A DNA stretch of 64,000 nt. It comes from an uncultured Gammaproteobacteria bacterium (GTDB lineage Bacteria > Patescibacteriota > Patescibacteriia > UBA1558 > 2-01-FULL-52-15). The notes beneath the pieces were generated by a model, which ran no database searches, was not told the DNA's origin, and saw nothing but the letters and a program-made list of their open reading frames with translations. The position numbers and the translations under genes were made by a program. The first letter of the stretch is position 1. Each line of letters starts with the position of its first letter. The stretch is taken from the NCBI GenBank assembly GCA_964540995.1, contig CAZIOU010000002.1, positions 43,750-107,749 of the forward strand, in the 5' to 3' direction. Shown in pieces: positions 37,345 through 46,591 of this stretch.

Positions 37345-37420
37345 TGGTGGGCCTGGGTGGAATCGAACCACCTACTTCGATCTTATAAGGATCGCACTCT
37401 AACCGATGAGTTACAGGCCC
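37345..37420 (-). tRNA. tRNA-Ile with anticodon UAU (reads AUA); CCA encoded
   Basis: The reverse complement GGGCCTGTAACTCATCGGTTAGAGTGCGATCCTTATAAGATCGAAGTAGGTGGTTCGATTCCACCCAGGCCCACCA folds as a full cloverleaf: 7-bp acceptor stem, D stem ACTC/GAGT, anticodon stem CGATC/GATCG with loop CTTATAA, and a GGTGG-TTCGATT-CCACC T-arm. It is very similar to tRNA-Ile(GAU), including discriminator A73. Coordinates are accurate to about 2 nt. Confidence 0.85.
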
Positions 37421-37486
37421 AAAAAAAAGAACAACTCAATTGTGCTGGTTTAATGCTTCATTGTCAATGCAATCTCGTTCTACCCC

Positions 37487-39244
37487 CTATTTGATAAATC
37501 CTCCAGCCTGAATATTCCACAAAGTCTGATAAATACCCCTTTTCTTCAAAAGTTCCTGATGGGTGCCACTATCGACCACCTTGCCAGCATCGATAACAAT
37601 TATTCTATCCATCTGCATAATAGTTGATAATCTATGAGCCACAACAATGGTAGTCTTATTTTGCATGAGGTGGGCTAACGCCTCTTGAATCAAATGTTCC
37701 GATTCAGAATCCAAGCTAGAGGTAGCTTCATCTAACACCAAGATAGGTGCATTTTTCAAAATGGCTCGCGCGATGGCCACACGCTGACGTTCACCGCCTG
37801 ATAATTTGATGCCTCGCTCCCCGACAAATGTTTTGTACCCATCAGGTAAAGCAGTAATAAATTCGTGACAACGTGCCTTCTTGGAGGCAGCGATAACTTC
37901 TTCGTCACTGGCGGAAGCCCGTCCATAGCGAATATTATCCATCAGGCTTCGGTGAAATAGTATCGGCTCTTGTGGTACCAAGGCGATGTTTCTACGAAGA
38001 CTATCTTGAGTCATGTCGGCAATATTCTGGCCATCGATCAATATCTTCCCTTGAGTGACGTCGTGAAAACGGAATAATAATTTAGTGATCGTCGTCTTAC
38101 CGGCACCTGAGGCTCCAACCAGAGCAACTTTCTCGTGAGATTTTATTTTAAGGTTAAACTTCTTTAAGACGAGGCGAGTAGAATGGAAGTAGAATGAGAC
38201 GTCAGAAAATTCTACTTCACCCCTTTTGACAGTAATGTTCTTGGCTCGAGGCTTATCCTGAACTTCATAGGGTAATTCCAATATCTCTACCATCTCTTTG
38301 GCATCGGAGAAGCTTTCATAGATCCTACGGAAGGACTGATTAATATTCCATAGACGACCAAATACTAGAGCCAAATAGCCTTGAATGAGTATGATATCTC
38401 CAAGGGTCAGGACTCCTTGTCGCCATAATTGGATTCCCCAATACAACAATACGATCTGTATGATCACATTGAGTAACGCTTGCAAGGCACTAATGAACTC
38501 ACCTCGAAACCAGCTAGAGATCTGCAGCTGGCGCCAACGATGAATATTGGTTCGATAACTAGCTTGCTCGCGATTCGTTCCATTGAATAACTTAGTCGTT
38601 GTAGCATTGGAGAAAACATCAGTCGTGAATCCGACAATTTCTGAATCAACGGCTGCTTTCTTGACGTCGATCTTAAACTTCCAACGAGATGCCAAGACGT
38701 TGGCGTAAATAAATATGGCACACCAGACCACGAAGACCAGTGACATATAAGGAAAGCGCAACGCCAAAGCAATAATGGCCCCAATTAGTACAATAATAAC
38801 CGGAATAATACGGTACTGAAATTCATCAGCTATAACCATAAAGGCTTGGCCGATTCGCCCAACTTTCCTCGCCAGAGAACCGGCGAAGTTATCCGTAAAA
38901 AATTTATACGAATGCCCTAGTAGATAATTGAAGCAGGTCTGTTGCAGATCGGCGATGACGTGCGGCTCCCAGTAGGTAGAGACGAAACCAAATACTCTAT
39001 TACCGATCCAATTGACCAGATTGATAACAAAGATCGTGCCTATAATCCACATAAGAGTAGTGGCAATTTCGGGGGTACTAGCTCCTTGCGACATAACATC
39101 TATCAAGCGCTTCATGAACCAAGGACTGATCGTGTCCATGATCACTGCAGCTAAGATCGAAGCGACAATAACAACAACATGCCAAGGATACTTCCAAGCA
39201 TGTCGCCAGAATATTTTTGCAATCGTTGAATTTTTAACTGCCAT
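37487..39244 (-). CDS. ABC transporter, fused permease and ATP-binding domains (MsbA-like exporter)
   Basis: Six N-terminal TM helices; Walker A GASGAGKTT; ABC signature LSGGERQRVAIARA; Walker B ILVLDEATS. Confidence 0.85.
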   Translation of the reverse strand: MAVKNSTIAKIFWRHAWKYPWHVVVIVASILAAVIMDTISPWFMKRLIDVMSQGASTPEIATTLMWIIGTIFVINLVNWIGNRVFGFVSTYWEPHVIADLQQTCFNYLLGHSYKFFTDNFAGSLARKVGRIGQAFMVIADEFQYRIIPVIIVLIGAIIALALRFPYMSLVFVVWCAIFIYANVLASRWKFKIDVKKAAVDSEIVGFTTDVFSNATTTKLFNGTNREQASYRTNIHRWRQLQISSWFRGEFISALQALLNVIIQIVLLYWGIQLWRQGVLTLGDIILIQGYLALVFGRLWNINQSFRRIYESFSDAKEMVEILELPYEVQDKPRAKNITVKRGEVEFSDVSFYFHSTRLVLKKFNLKIKSHEKVALVGASGAGKTTITKLLFRFHDVTQGKILIDGQNIADMTQDSLRRNIALVPQEPILFHRSLMDNIRYGRASASDEEVIAASKKARCHEFITALPDGYKTFVGERGIKLSGGERQRVAIARAILKNAPILVLDEATSSLDSESEHLIQEALAHLMQNKTTIVVAHRLSTIMQMDRIIVIDAGKVVDSGTHQELLKKRGIYQTLWNIQAGGFIK

Positions 39245-39380
39245 AGTATTTAAGTATACCTAAAACTGACTCAAATGTCAGTCTTTTTATCCTCTTCTGA
39301 CTCACCTACTCACTATAATCCCAGTTCCTCGGCCAGAGGCCGATCTAAGTTCCCAGTTCTCAATTTCTAGTTCCAAATGC

Positions 39381-40499
39381 CTAACTCCTAATCAACTTCA
39401 TCTGCTCTCCTAAAACCTGCAACACTTCTTTCTCTGCTTCTGGCAAAGGCAAGGCTAGCGGGAACTCTACGCCACGCTTGCTACCTTGTACTGGATAGCG
39501 AGCTAGCAACTTAGTGAGATCAATCGCTTCTCTGGCAGCGACATGTACCACCGTAGTGTCGAATTCACGCTGATAGAAAAGCACTGCAACTTGAGCTTCT
39601 GGACTGGTGAGGATCAAATCTTCACATAAATCAGACCAATTGACCGTGGTGCTGGCGATCTCATCGCGTGCTATGAAGGAATAGACGACGTCACCAGATT
39701 TCTTCAGACGAGACAAGAGCTTACCCCACAGCTTGAGGGTGGCAATATCACGAGTGCGATATAGCTTGAGCACTATATCATCGCGCTTAGCGCCAGCGAT
39801 CATCAGCTTGCTGGCTAATTGTAGCGTGTCAGGTGAGACGCGATTGGTCTGGAACGATTCCGTTGCTGCGATCAATCCGATAAGCAGCAGCTGTGCGCTG
39901 TCACTATCCAATTGTGTCTGCATCAGCTCATAACACATCTCCGTCAGAGAAGCAGCGGTGACATTAATCCAATTGAGCTGGCCATAACTACGATTATCGA
40001 GACGACGATCAATATTGATGATAGCTACTTTGGCTAACTGTTCCTGATACAAGGTATTGACCTGACCAGTACTAGCCAGATCACTAGCTCCGATCGTGAT
40101 CACGAGGTCATAAGGGAAATCAGTAGTAAGCGCTTCTACATCTTCCGGCTTAAGACTACCTTCTTTGGTCGCAAGATGTATCTCTAGATACTTATCTTTG
40201 ACCTGATACTTCAGCTCTGCCAATTTGGCTTGGTCAGTACGCACCCGCAAGACATAGTGATGTTGGCTGCGCTTATCAGAACTCGGTGTCTGAATATTCT
40301 CTGCTCCAGGTAGCCAGTGAAATTGCGACACAAGCTTATGATCGATGACTACTTCAACTTGTTTATCTTTCTTCTTGAGCCAACGATACCAAGCCAACAC
40401 TGAAGCAACCTCGTCGAAGCGAGCATCAGATCGTGTAGTTATCAAAATTGACCGACTGCGGTCAACAAGTGATGTAATCTGTTCCAATTCGCTAGTCAT
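39381..40499 (-). CDS. Degenerate DHH-family (NrnA-like) paralog in which DHH is replaced by DRR
   Basis: ILITTRSDARFDEVASVLAW parallels ILIISHRSPDGDTVGAATAL of the NrnA at 50343. INIDRRLDNRSYG parallels VNIDHHVTNTLYG, so the catalytic His-His is replaced by Arg-Arg. Confidence 0.5.
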   Translation of the reverse strand: MTSELEQITSLVDRSRSILITTRSDARFDEVASVLAWYRWLKKKDKQVEVVIDHKLVSQFHWLPGAENIQTPSSDKRSQHHYVLRVRTDQAKLAELKYQVKDKYLEIHLATKEGSLKPEDVEALTTDFPYDLVITIGASDLASTGQVNTLYQEQLAKVAIINIDRRLDNRSYGQLNWINVTAASLTEMCYELMQTQLDSDSAQLLLIGLIAATESFQTNRVSPDTLQLASKLMIAGAKRDDIVLKLYRTRDIATLKLWGKLLSRLKKSGDVVYSFIARDEIASTTVNWSDLCEDLILTSPEAQVAVLFYQREFDTTVVHVAAREAIDLTKLLARYPVQGSKRGVEFPLALPLPEAEKEVLQVLGEQMKLIRS

Positions 40500-40695
40500 A
40501 AATCATATGAGCATACCTGTAGAATGACGCCCTGTCAATTCTGTCTTGTATTCCCCCCTAATAACTAGTAACAAATGACTACCGACTTCCTCTTCAACCA
40601 ATTGACAAACCCCCGAAAATCTAGTAATCTTGAGCAGATTCAACCCCATCTTCTGTCCTCTACCCCCTAATAAGCTACCACCTACAACCTACTCA

Positions 40696-42681
40696 ATGAA
40701 CGTCTCCGAACTCGCCCGCCAACTCAACGTCACCACCAAAGAACTCTTGGATAAACTTCCGGAGCTTGGTTTTTCTATCGGTGGACGAGCTATCAAAGTT
40801 GACGATCATCAAGTTGATAAAATTATTTCTGCCTGGAAGAAGAAAGCCAAACTTGAAGCTATCAATCGCGCTCATGAGCATGTGACTGAAGTTCGTTCTA
40901 AAGATACTGACACGGCTGTTAATAAGAAAAGTATCGCTATCGGGCCGACTATCGTCGTCAAAGAATTAGCCGATACCATGAAGCTTCCTCTAGCCAAAGT
41001 CATGGGTGAAATGATGCGCAACGGTATCATGGCTTCACTCAATGAACGCTTAGATTTCGAAACTGCCTCTATCATCGCTGAAGATCTCGGCTTCAAAGTA
41101 GAGAAACTTGGCACTGCCTCTGTCGATGAACACAGTAACAAACAACGAATCGAGTCTATGCTGGCCGATCGCGAACAGAAGGCCACTCGCGCCCCTGTCG
41201 TCGTTGTCATGGGTCATGTCGATCACGGCAAAACTAAATTACTCGACGCTATCCGTAAGACTAACCTGGTCGCTGGAGAAGCTGGTGGTATCACCCAACA
41301 CATCGGTGCTTATCAGACAGTCGTCAAGAAAGGCAAACAAGAACGCCTCATCACCTTCCTCGATACTCCTGGACATGAAGCTTTCAAAACTATGCGTTCA
41401 CGTGGCGGTCAGATCGCTGACGTCGCTATCTTGGTCGTGGCAGCTGATGACGGACTCAAGCCACAAACTCTAGAAAGTTTATCTATTATTCAGAAAGAAA
41501 ATTTACCCTTCATTGTTGCTATCAATAAAATCGACAAAGCTGGTGCCGATGTCGAACGCGTAAAGAAAGAATTATCCGAAATTAATCTCGTGCCTGAAGA
41601 CTGGGGTGGCAAAACTATTTGTGTCCCGATCTCCGCTCTCAAAGGTGAAGGTCTCGATGATGTCCTCGATATGGTTCTGCTGGTTGCTGATATCAATGAA
41701 CTGAAAGCTGATGAAACCGGTCCAGCTGTCGGTACTGTCATCGAGTCACACATGGACCAACACGAAGGTCCAGTCGCCACCGTCCTGATCCAAGCTGGTA
41801 CGCTCAATGTCAATGACCTCGTCACCGTCGGCTCTGTCCCAGGTAAAGTCAAATCGATGAAGTCTTGGAAAGGCGAGACCATCACCAGTGCTACTCCCAG
41901 CACACCGGTGAAACTTCTCGGCCTCAAAGCAGTACCGCAATCAGGTGATATCCTCAAAACTGCTGATAAAGAAACTTTCAAGAAGTCCCTCAAACATTTA
42001 CCGCAAGAACGTGGCGCCATGAAGCCAGCTATCCATACTGCTAGCGCCAGCGATGATAGTGAAGCTGATATCCCAACTATTAATCTCGTTATCAAAGCTG
42101 ACGTCCTCGGATCTCTAGAAGCGATCGACAACTCTCTCAATCGTCTCAATACTCGAGCCTCCCGCGTCAAAATTATCCGAAAGGGTTTGGGCTTCGTTTC
42201 TGATGGCGACATTCAAGCCGCCGAGACAGCCAACGGATTACTGATTGCTTTCCACTTACGAACTGACCGTCAAATCGAGCAGAAAATTGCCGACAAGCGT
42301 ATTGATTTCGCTAGCTATGACATCATCTATAAGTTGATCGAAGATATTCAAGAGCGATTGAAGAAATTGGAGCAACCCAATATTGTCCGCACCCTGATCG
42401 GTTCGCTCAAAGTATTGGCTATTTTCAAAACTAAGAAACGCGAAACCATTCTGGGCGGTAAAGTACTTGATGGTATCGTCGTTAACCCGTGCAAAGTCAA
42501 AGTACTGCGTAATAACAACATTATTACCTACGGTGACTTGAGCGATCTGGAAGCCAATCGTGAGAAGATGCGCGAAGTAGCCGCTGGTAATGAATGTGGT
42601 TTGAAATTTACTGGTGAGGCGGTCCTCGAAGTCGGTGATATTTTAGAATTTTTCACTGAAGGCGATGTCCCAAAGAACTGA
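40696..42681 (+). CDS. infB: Translation initiation factor IF-2 (short form)
   Basis: G-domain motif VVVMGHVDHGKTKLLDAIR. The track ORF starts at a TTG at 40630. The ATG at 40696 (MNVSELARQL) is the more likely start. Confidence 0.85.
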   Translation: MNVSELARQLNVTTKELLDKLPELGFSIGGRAIKVDDHQVDKIISAWKKKAKLEAINRAHEHVTEVRSKDTDTAVNKKSIAIGPTIVVKELADTMKLPLAKVMGEMMRNGIMASLNERLDFETASIIAEDLGFKVEKLGTASVDEHSNKQRIESMLADREQKATRAPVVVVMGHVDHGKTKLLDAIRKTNLVAGEAGGITQHIGAYQTVVKKGKQERLITFLDTPGHEAFKTMRSRGGQIADVAILVVAADDGLKPQTLESLSIIQKENLPFIVAINKIDKAGADVERVKKELSEINLVPEDWGGKTICVPISALKGEGLDDVLDMVLLVADINELKADETGPAVGTVIESHMDQHEGPVATVLIQAGTLNVNDLVTVGSVPGKVKSMKSWKGETITSATPSTPVKLLGLKAVPQSGDILKTADKETFKKSLKHLPQERGAMKPAIHTASASDDSEADIPTINLVIKADVLGSLEAIDNSLNRLNTRASRVKIIRKGLGFVSDGDIQAAETANGLLIAFHLRTDRQIEQKIADKRIDFASYDIIYKLIEDIQERLKKLEQPNIVRTLIGSLKVLAIFKTKKRETILGGKVLDGIVVNPCKVKVLRNNNIITYGDLSDLEANREKMREVAAGNECGLKFTGEAVLEVGDILEFFTEGDVPKN

Positions 42682-43009
42682 ACAAGTCGGCGCCTTGATG
42701 ACACATCATATTAATGAGGTGTTGATCCGCGACTTCGAACCACCTATTGGCTGCATGATAACTATCTCGCATGTCGAGCCAGCACCAGATCTGAAAACAG
42801 CCAAAGTCTTCGTCTCGGTCCTACCGGAGAAAATGTCCGGCACCGGTCTCCAAGCACTTCGTAAGCAAGCTGGTCACATCCAAGGTGTCATCAATAAAAA
42901 GTTGAGCATGAGATTCGTACCGCGTATCACCTGGGTCTACGATGAAACCAATCTCAAACTAGATCGCATCGACCGCGCCCTCAATAATGTCGACGAGCCA
43001 CTAAAATAA
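42665..43009 (+). CDS. rbfA: Ribosome-binding factor A
   Basis: RTEQVGALMTHHINEVLIRDFEPPIGCMITISHVE...AKVFVSV. Overlaps the end of infB. Confidence 0.8.
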   Translation: MSQRTEQVGALMTHHINEVLIRDFEPPIGCMITISHVEPAPDLKTAKVFVSVLPEKMSGTGLQALRKQAGHIQGVINKKLSMRFVPRITWVYDETNLKLDRIDRALNNVDEPLK

Positions 43010-43061
43010 TTCCTATTAGAAGAACCGTTATGACAACATAACGGTTCTTTGTTTCCTGTGA

Positions 43062-43433
43062 TCAGGCGGTGAGACAGATTGCTACTGCCTGGTCTTGTGT
43101 CTGGCAATAAGAGAACATATCGCTCTTGCCCATGCCTTGCAGCATCATTTCAATATGCGGCGCTGCCTGACAAAGGACAAACTTCTTACCTCGTTTCTTG
43201 ACAAACCAAGCCAAGAGAAGACTGATCGCGACAGTAACCAGATCGATCCTATCCACATACTGAAGATCGACTATGACCGATGGTAGATCAGCCAGAATGA
43301 TCATATTATCCAGACCATTAAGCTGATCGCTTACCCTGCGTTGTGTGGCTTCAGCGGTTTCTTCTTCCCTTGCCAGCACTTCCTGCAAATGAACTACCAG
43401 AATCCTGCCATCTTTGAGCAGATCGATACTCAT
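43062..43433 (-). CDS. STAS-domain protein (anti-sigma-factor-antagonist-like)
   Basis: 123 aa from MSIDLLKDGRILVVHLQEV. STAS/SpoIIAA-like pattern. Confidence 0.55.
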   Translation of the reverse strand: MSIDLLKDGRILVVHLQEVLAREEETAEATQRRVSDQLNGLDNMIILADLPSVIVDLQYVDRIDLVTVAISLLLAWFVKKRGKKFVLCQAAPHIEMMLQGMGKSDMFSYCQTQDQAVAICLTA

Positions 43434-43670
43434 GACAACCTCTTGTGAAGGAACTAGGCTAACCAAGTGGGCTGCTGAAAGTACGCCAATTCCTACCTCT
43501 TGTCAAGACAATCACAAGGACTTTACCTTTTCGGGGACTGGGGTTAGTATGGTGGTAGGTTCACCAACCCACTGTTAGTCGAAATATTTCTTTTCTTTTC
43601 TCGGGCTGGTGCCCGAGTGTTTACAAAAATTTTCAATTTCTTTTTCTTTCTAAATATTGAACCACTGGAT

Positions 43671-46376
43671 ATGGTGATGGGTAGCGTAGATAAACAGATA
43701 GGTATATCTGATGAGGCAATTTGCAAATTGATTAGTAATTTTGATCGTGACGGCGATCGAGGGTTTGTCGCACAAAATGTTTTAGATAAATTGAGAACCT
43801 TTGTTGAGGCTGTAACCGTAAAAGCTTGCGGAGAAAATGATTATAGTTACGAAGTTTTTACGAGTAAGGCCAAGCCCTATGCTTCATCCAGGACAGATTT
43901 GAGATTTCTAATAAAATTCCATAAGTTTCTTCAGCGATCTGTTTCCCATTACCTTCCAGACGAAGAAACTTCTGAAAGGTTAATGTTGAAGTATTATGAA
44001 TACCTCTTCAAAATAAAAGTATTTTTGGATAGTAAATACGGAATCGAGGTTCTAAAAAATATAAATGAGTTCCCTATTAACACCGATCCCGCTCTAAAGG
44101 AATATCATGAAAAAATTGCTGAAAAGATAAGTAAGCCTACGTCAAATAGAACGGCTATTACTTACGATGATAGATATTATATAAAAAAAGTAAAACCATT
44201 CTTTGTAAACAACGTAGTTTATTATGAGGTTACTTTCACGACAGCTATTGATAATGTCAGCAAGTTCGAAAGGGTAATCGCTTTTACAAAATTAGATATT
44301 TCGCAAAACTATGCTGTAAAGCTTTTAGTGAGCAATGATGTCATAGAAGTTTTGGGGAAGAAGATGCCAATTCAAATCATTGATGATTGGCAAGTATCAA
44401 TCAGGCCATGTGAATTAAACCATTTCGCAGATATTTTTGGTAAACATTCAAGTATTTCAGCTGGTCTTGTAGAGTCTCGTAGATTAATGACCCTTTTAAC
44501 AAAGACGGGGCTTAATTTAGTTGAAATTGTAGAGCTACCAGATGATATTTATTTACGTTATAAGGTGGCGGTTACGAACAGGGCTAAAACTTCGCATTTT
44601 TTCGACATCTTAGATAAATGCCGTGAAGTGATTAAAAGTGACTCCCCTGGGAGGAATGTATTAAGGTACTTGTTGTATGCGCTCTGCAACAAAATTCTTA
44701 AATTCCAGTATAGCAACGAGGCTTGCAGTAAGTTGTCAAATCTATATCTTGCTTGGGGTTGTATCCCATTTGATGATATGCCCTTTAACACATCGATCAT
44801 TGAGCATAATCCAAAATTTCATGATGTAATTGATTGTATTGACCCAACAAATCGCGAGCACGAATTGTTTGCAAGATTGATAAAAAATAATACGGAGCAA
44901 AAGGGGCAGTTATATACTCCGGAAAATTCTATAATAGGCATCACAAATATCGACGGCCTAATCTCGGCTTATAATGCGAAATTATACTATAAGCACATTA
45001 ATCGAAAAATTGAGAAATACAAAAGCAATATTTACATTAAGGGTTATGAAGAAGATGCGCTACACATCATAGAGAAACTAATTCGCTTTGCTCGATCTGG
45101 AATAAAGAATTATTCCAATTCGGTGGATGCATGGCTTCAAATATCCGGTAACGGTGGTGACAGCGAAGAAAAAAAGATAATTCTTAAACAGATTTTTGAA
45201 AAATCTCGCGTTGCCATGATATATGGATCTGCAGGAACTGGTAAAACCACGCTCATTAATCACATTTCCACATTTTTTAAGGACTATAAGAAGCTTTATT
45301 TGGCTAATACTAACCCAGCAGTAAATAACCTAGAAAGAAGGGTCGATGTGGGAAATGCCACATTCAAGACAGTTGCTAAATTCTTACACGAAAAGGATGC
45401 TGAGACTGATTGTGACTTGCTGGTCATTGATGAATGTAGCACCGTTAGCAACTCGGACATGCTGGGAATTTTAAATAAAGCTTCATTCAGGTTGCTTGTG
45501 CTGGTTGGAGATGTTTTTCAAATAGAATCAATACTTTTTGGGAACTGGTTTAACATCGCGAGATCATTTCTCCCAGAAACTTCAGTATCCGAACTGAAAG
45601 ATCCATATCGTACTAATAACGAAAAACTTCTTACTTTTTGGGGAAAGGTTAGAAATATTGAAGACGATATTTTAGAGCACATCACGAAAAATCAATATTC
45701 TACGGCTTTAAATGAAACAATATTTGAACAATCGGAGGACGATGAAATTATTTTATGTCTAAACTATGACGGTTTGTATGGAATAAATAACATCAATAGG
45801 TTTCTTCAAAGTAACAACCCAAACCAGCCCAAATATTGGGGCATACATACTTACAAAGTAAATGACCCGGTATTATTCAACGAATCTGGTAGGTTCAAAC
45901 CGTTAATTCATAACAACCTCAAAGGAGTAATTGTTGGCATTGAAATCTTTAATGATAGGGTGCAATTTGATATTGCAATTGATATGTCAATCAATGAATT
46001 AGACGTCTCTAATTACGAACTAGAGTTGTTGGGAGAATCCGAAGTTGGTAAGTCGGTGATAAGATTTTCTGTTAATAAACTTCAGAGTACTGATGAAGAT
46101 GATGATGTTTCAAGTTCCGTCGTGCCTTTCCAAATTGCATATGCAGTATCAATGCATAAAGCCCAGGGTCTTGAGTACGACTCTGTTAAAGTTGTGATCA
46201 CAAACGAAACCGAAGAGATGATTACACACAACATCCTCTATACTGCAATTACTCGAGCCAAAGAAAAGTTAAAAATATTCTGGTCGCCAGAAGTGGAAAA
46301 GAAGATATTAAGTAATCTAGAAAAGAAGTTTAATAATAGAGACGTGTCCCTATTAAAAGCTAAATATAATGTATAA
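43671..46376 (+). CDS. Large protein with an unknown 500-aa N-terminal region fused to a RecD/Pif1-like SF1B helicase (AAA_30 plus UvrD_C_2-like)
   Basis: Walker A MIYGSAGTGKTTLINH; Walker B LLVIDECST; motif III VLVGDVFQIES; C-terminal AYAVSMHKAQGLEYDSV. The ORF is AT-rich compared with the neighbouring core genes. The ATG at 43671 is preferred over the track's GTG at 43617. Confidence 0.75.
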   Translation: MVMGSVDKQIGISDEAICKLISNFDRDGDRGFVAQNVLDKLRTFVEAVTVKACGENDYSYEVFTSKAKPYASSRTDLRFLIKFHKFLQRSVSHYLPDEETSERLMLKYYEYLFKIKVFLDSKYGIEVLKNINEFPINTDPALKEYHEKIAEKISKPTSNRTAITYDDRYYIKKVKPFFVNNVVYYEVTFTTAIDNVSKFERVIAFTKLDISQNYAVKLLVSNDVIEVLGKKMPIQIIDDWQVSIRPCELNHFADIFGKHSSISAGLVESRRLMTLLTKTGLNLVEIVELPDDIYLRYKVAVTNRAKTSHFFDILDKCREVIKSDSPGRNVLRYLLYALCNKILKFQYSNEACSKLSNLYLAWGCIPFDDMPFNTSIIEHNPKFHDVIDCIDPTNREHELFARLIKNNTEQKGQLYTPENSIIGITNIDGLISAYNAKLYYKHINRKIEKYKSNIYIKGYEEDALHIIEKLIRFARSGIKNYSNSVDAWLQISGNGGDSEEKKIILKQIFEKSRVAMIYGSAGTGKTTLINHISTFFKDYKKLYLANTNPAVNNLERRVDVGNATFKTVAKFLHEKDAETDCDLLVIDECSTVSNSDMLGILNKASFRLLVLVGDVFQIESILFGNWFNIARSFLPETSVSELKDPYRTNNEKLLTFWGKVRNIEDDILEHITKNQYSTALNETIFEQSEDDEIILCLNYDGLYGINNINRFLQSNNPNQPKYWGIHTYKVNDPVLFNESGRFKPLIHNNLKGVIVGIEIFNDRVQFDIAIDMSINELDVSNYELELLGESEVGKSVIRFSVNKLQSTDEDDDVSSSVVPFQIAYAVSMHKAQGLEYDSVKVVITNETEEMITHNILYTAITRAKEKLKIFWSPEVEKKILSNLEKKFNNRDVSLLKAKYNV

Positions 46377-46403
46377 AAAGAAATTGGAAAATTTTTGTAA
46401 CCG

Positions 46404-46565
46404 GTCCCGCTGCGGCGGGACAAAAGAAAAGAAACACATCGACTAACAGCGCGTATCTGGCTCCGGCTTGCTCCGTTCCTCCGCAAGCCTCCGCGTATAT
46501 TGCGCGGGTGTCCGCTTCGCGATATTATACACCCGCGCAACATCAGATACGCGCAAACGTTAGGT
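46404..46565. repeat. GC-rich nested-palindrome element inside the AT-rich island
   Basis: Hairpin gtcccgc-tgcg-gcgggac at 46404-21. Outer inverted repeat gcgcgtatctg (46449-59) with cagatacgcgc (46544-54) encloses two further hairpins: ggcttgc...gcaagcc (46465-89) and ttgcgcgggtgt...acacccgcgcaa (46500-40). It ends in GTTAGGT. Confidence 0.6.
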
Positions 46566-46591
46566 GAAATCACTCGCATATAACTAGTCTT

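Noticed and set aside
41490-42212. 240-aa minus-strand ORF antisense to infB, and similar antisense ORFs within leuS, rny and virB4
   Set aside because: They are fully contained within highly conserved genes on the opposite strand and have Ser/Arg/Pro-rich low-complexity translations.
46385-46570. Interpretation of the GC-rich palindromic element as an integron attC site
   Set aside because: A GTTAGGT (GTTRRRY) core exists at the 3' side, but the required complementary inverse core ACCTAAC (RYYYAAC) is not present at the 5' side. No integrase gene is in the window. The idea is kept only as a generic structured element.
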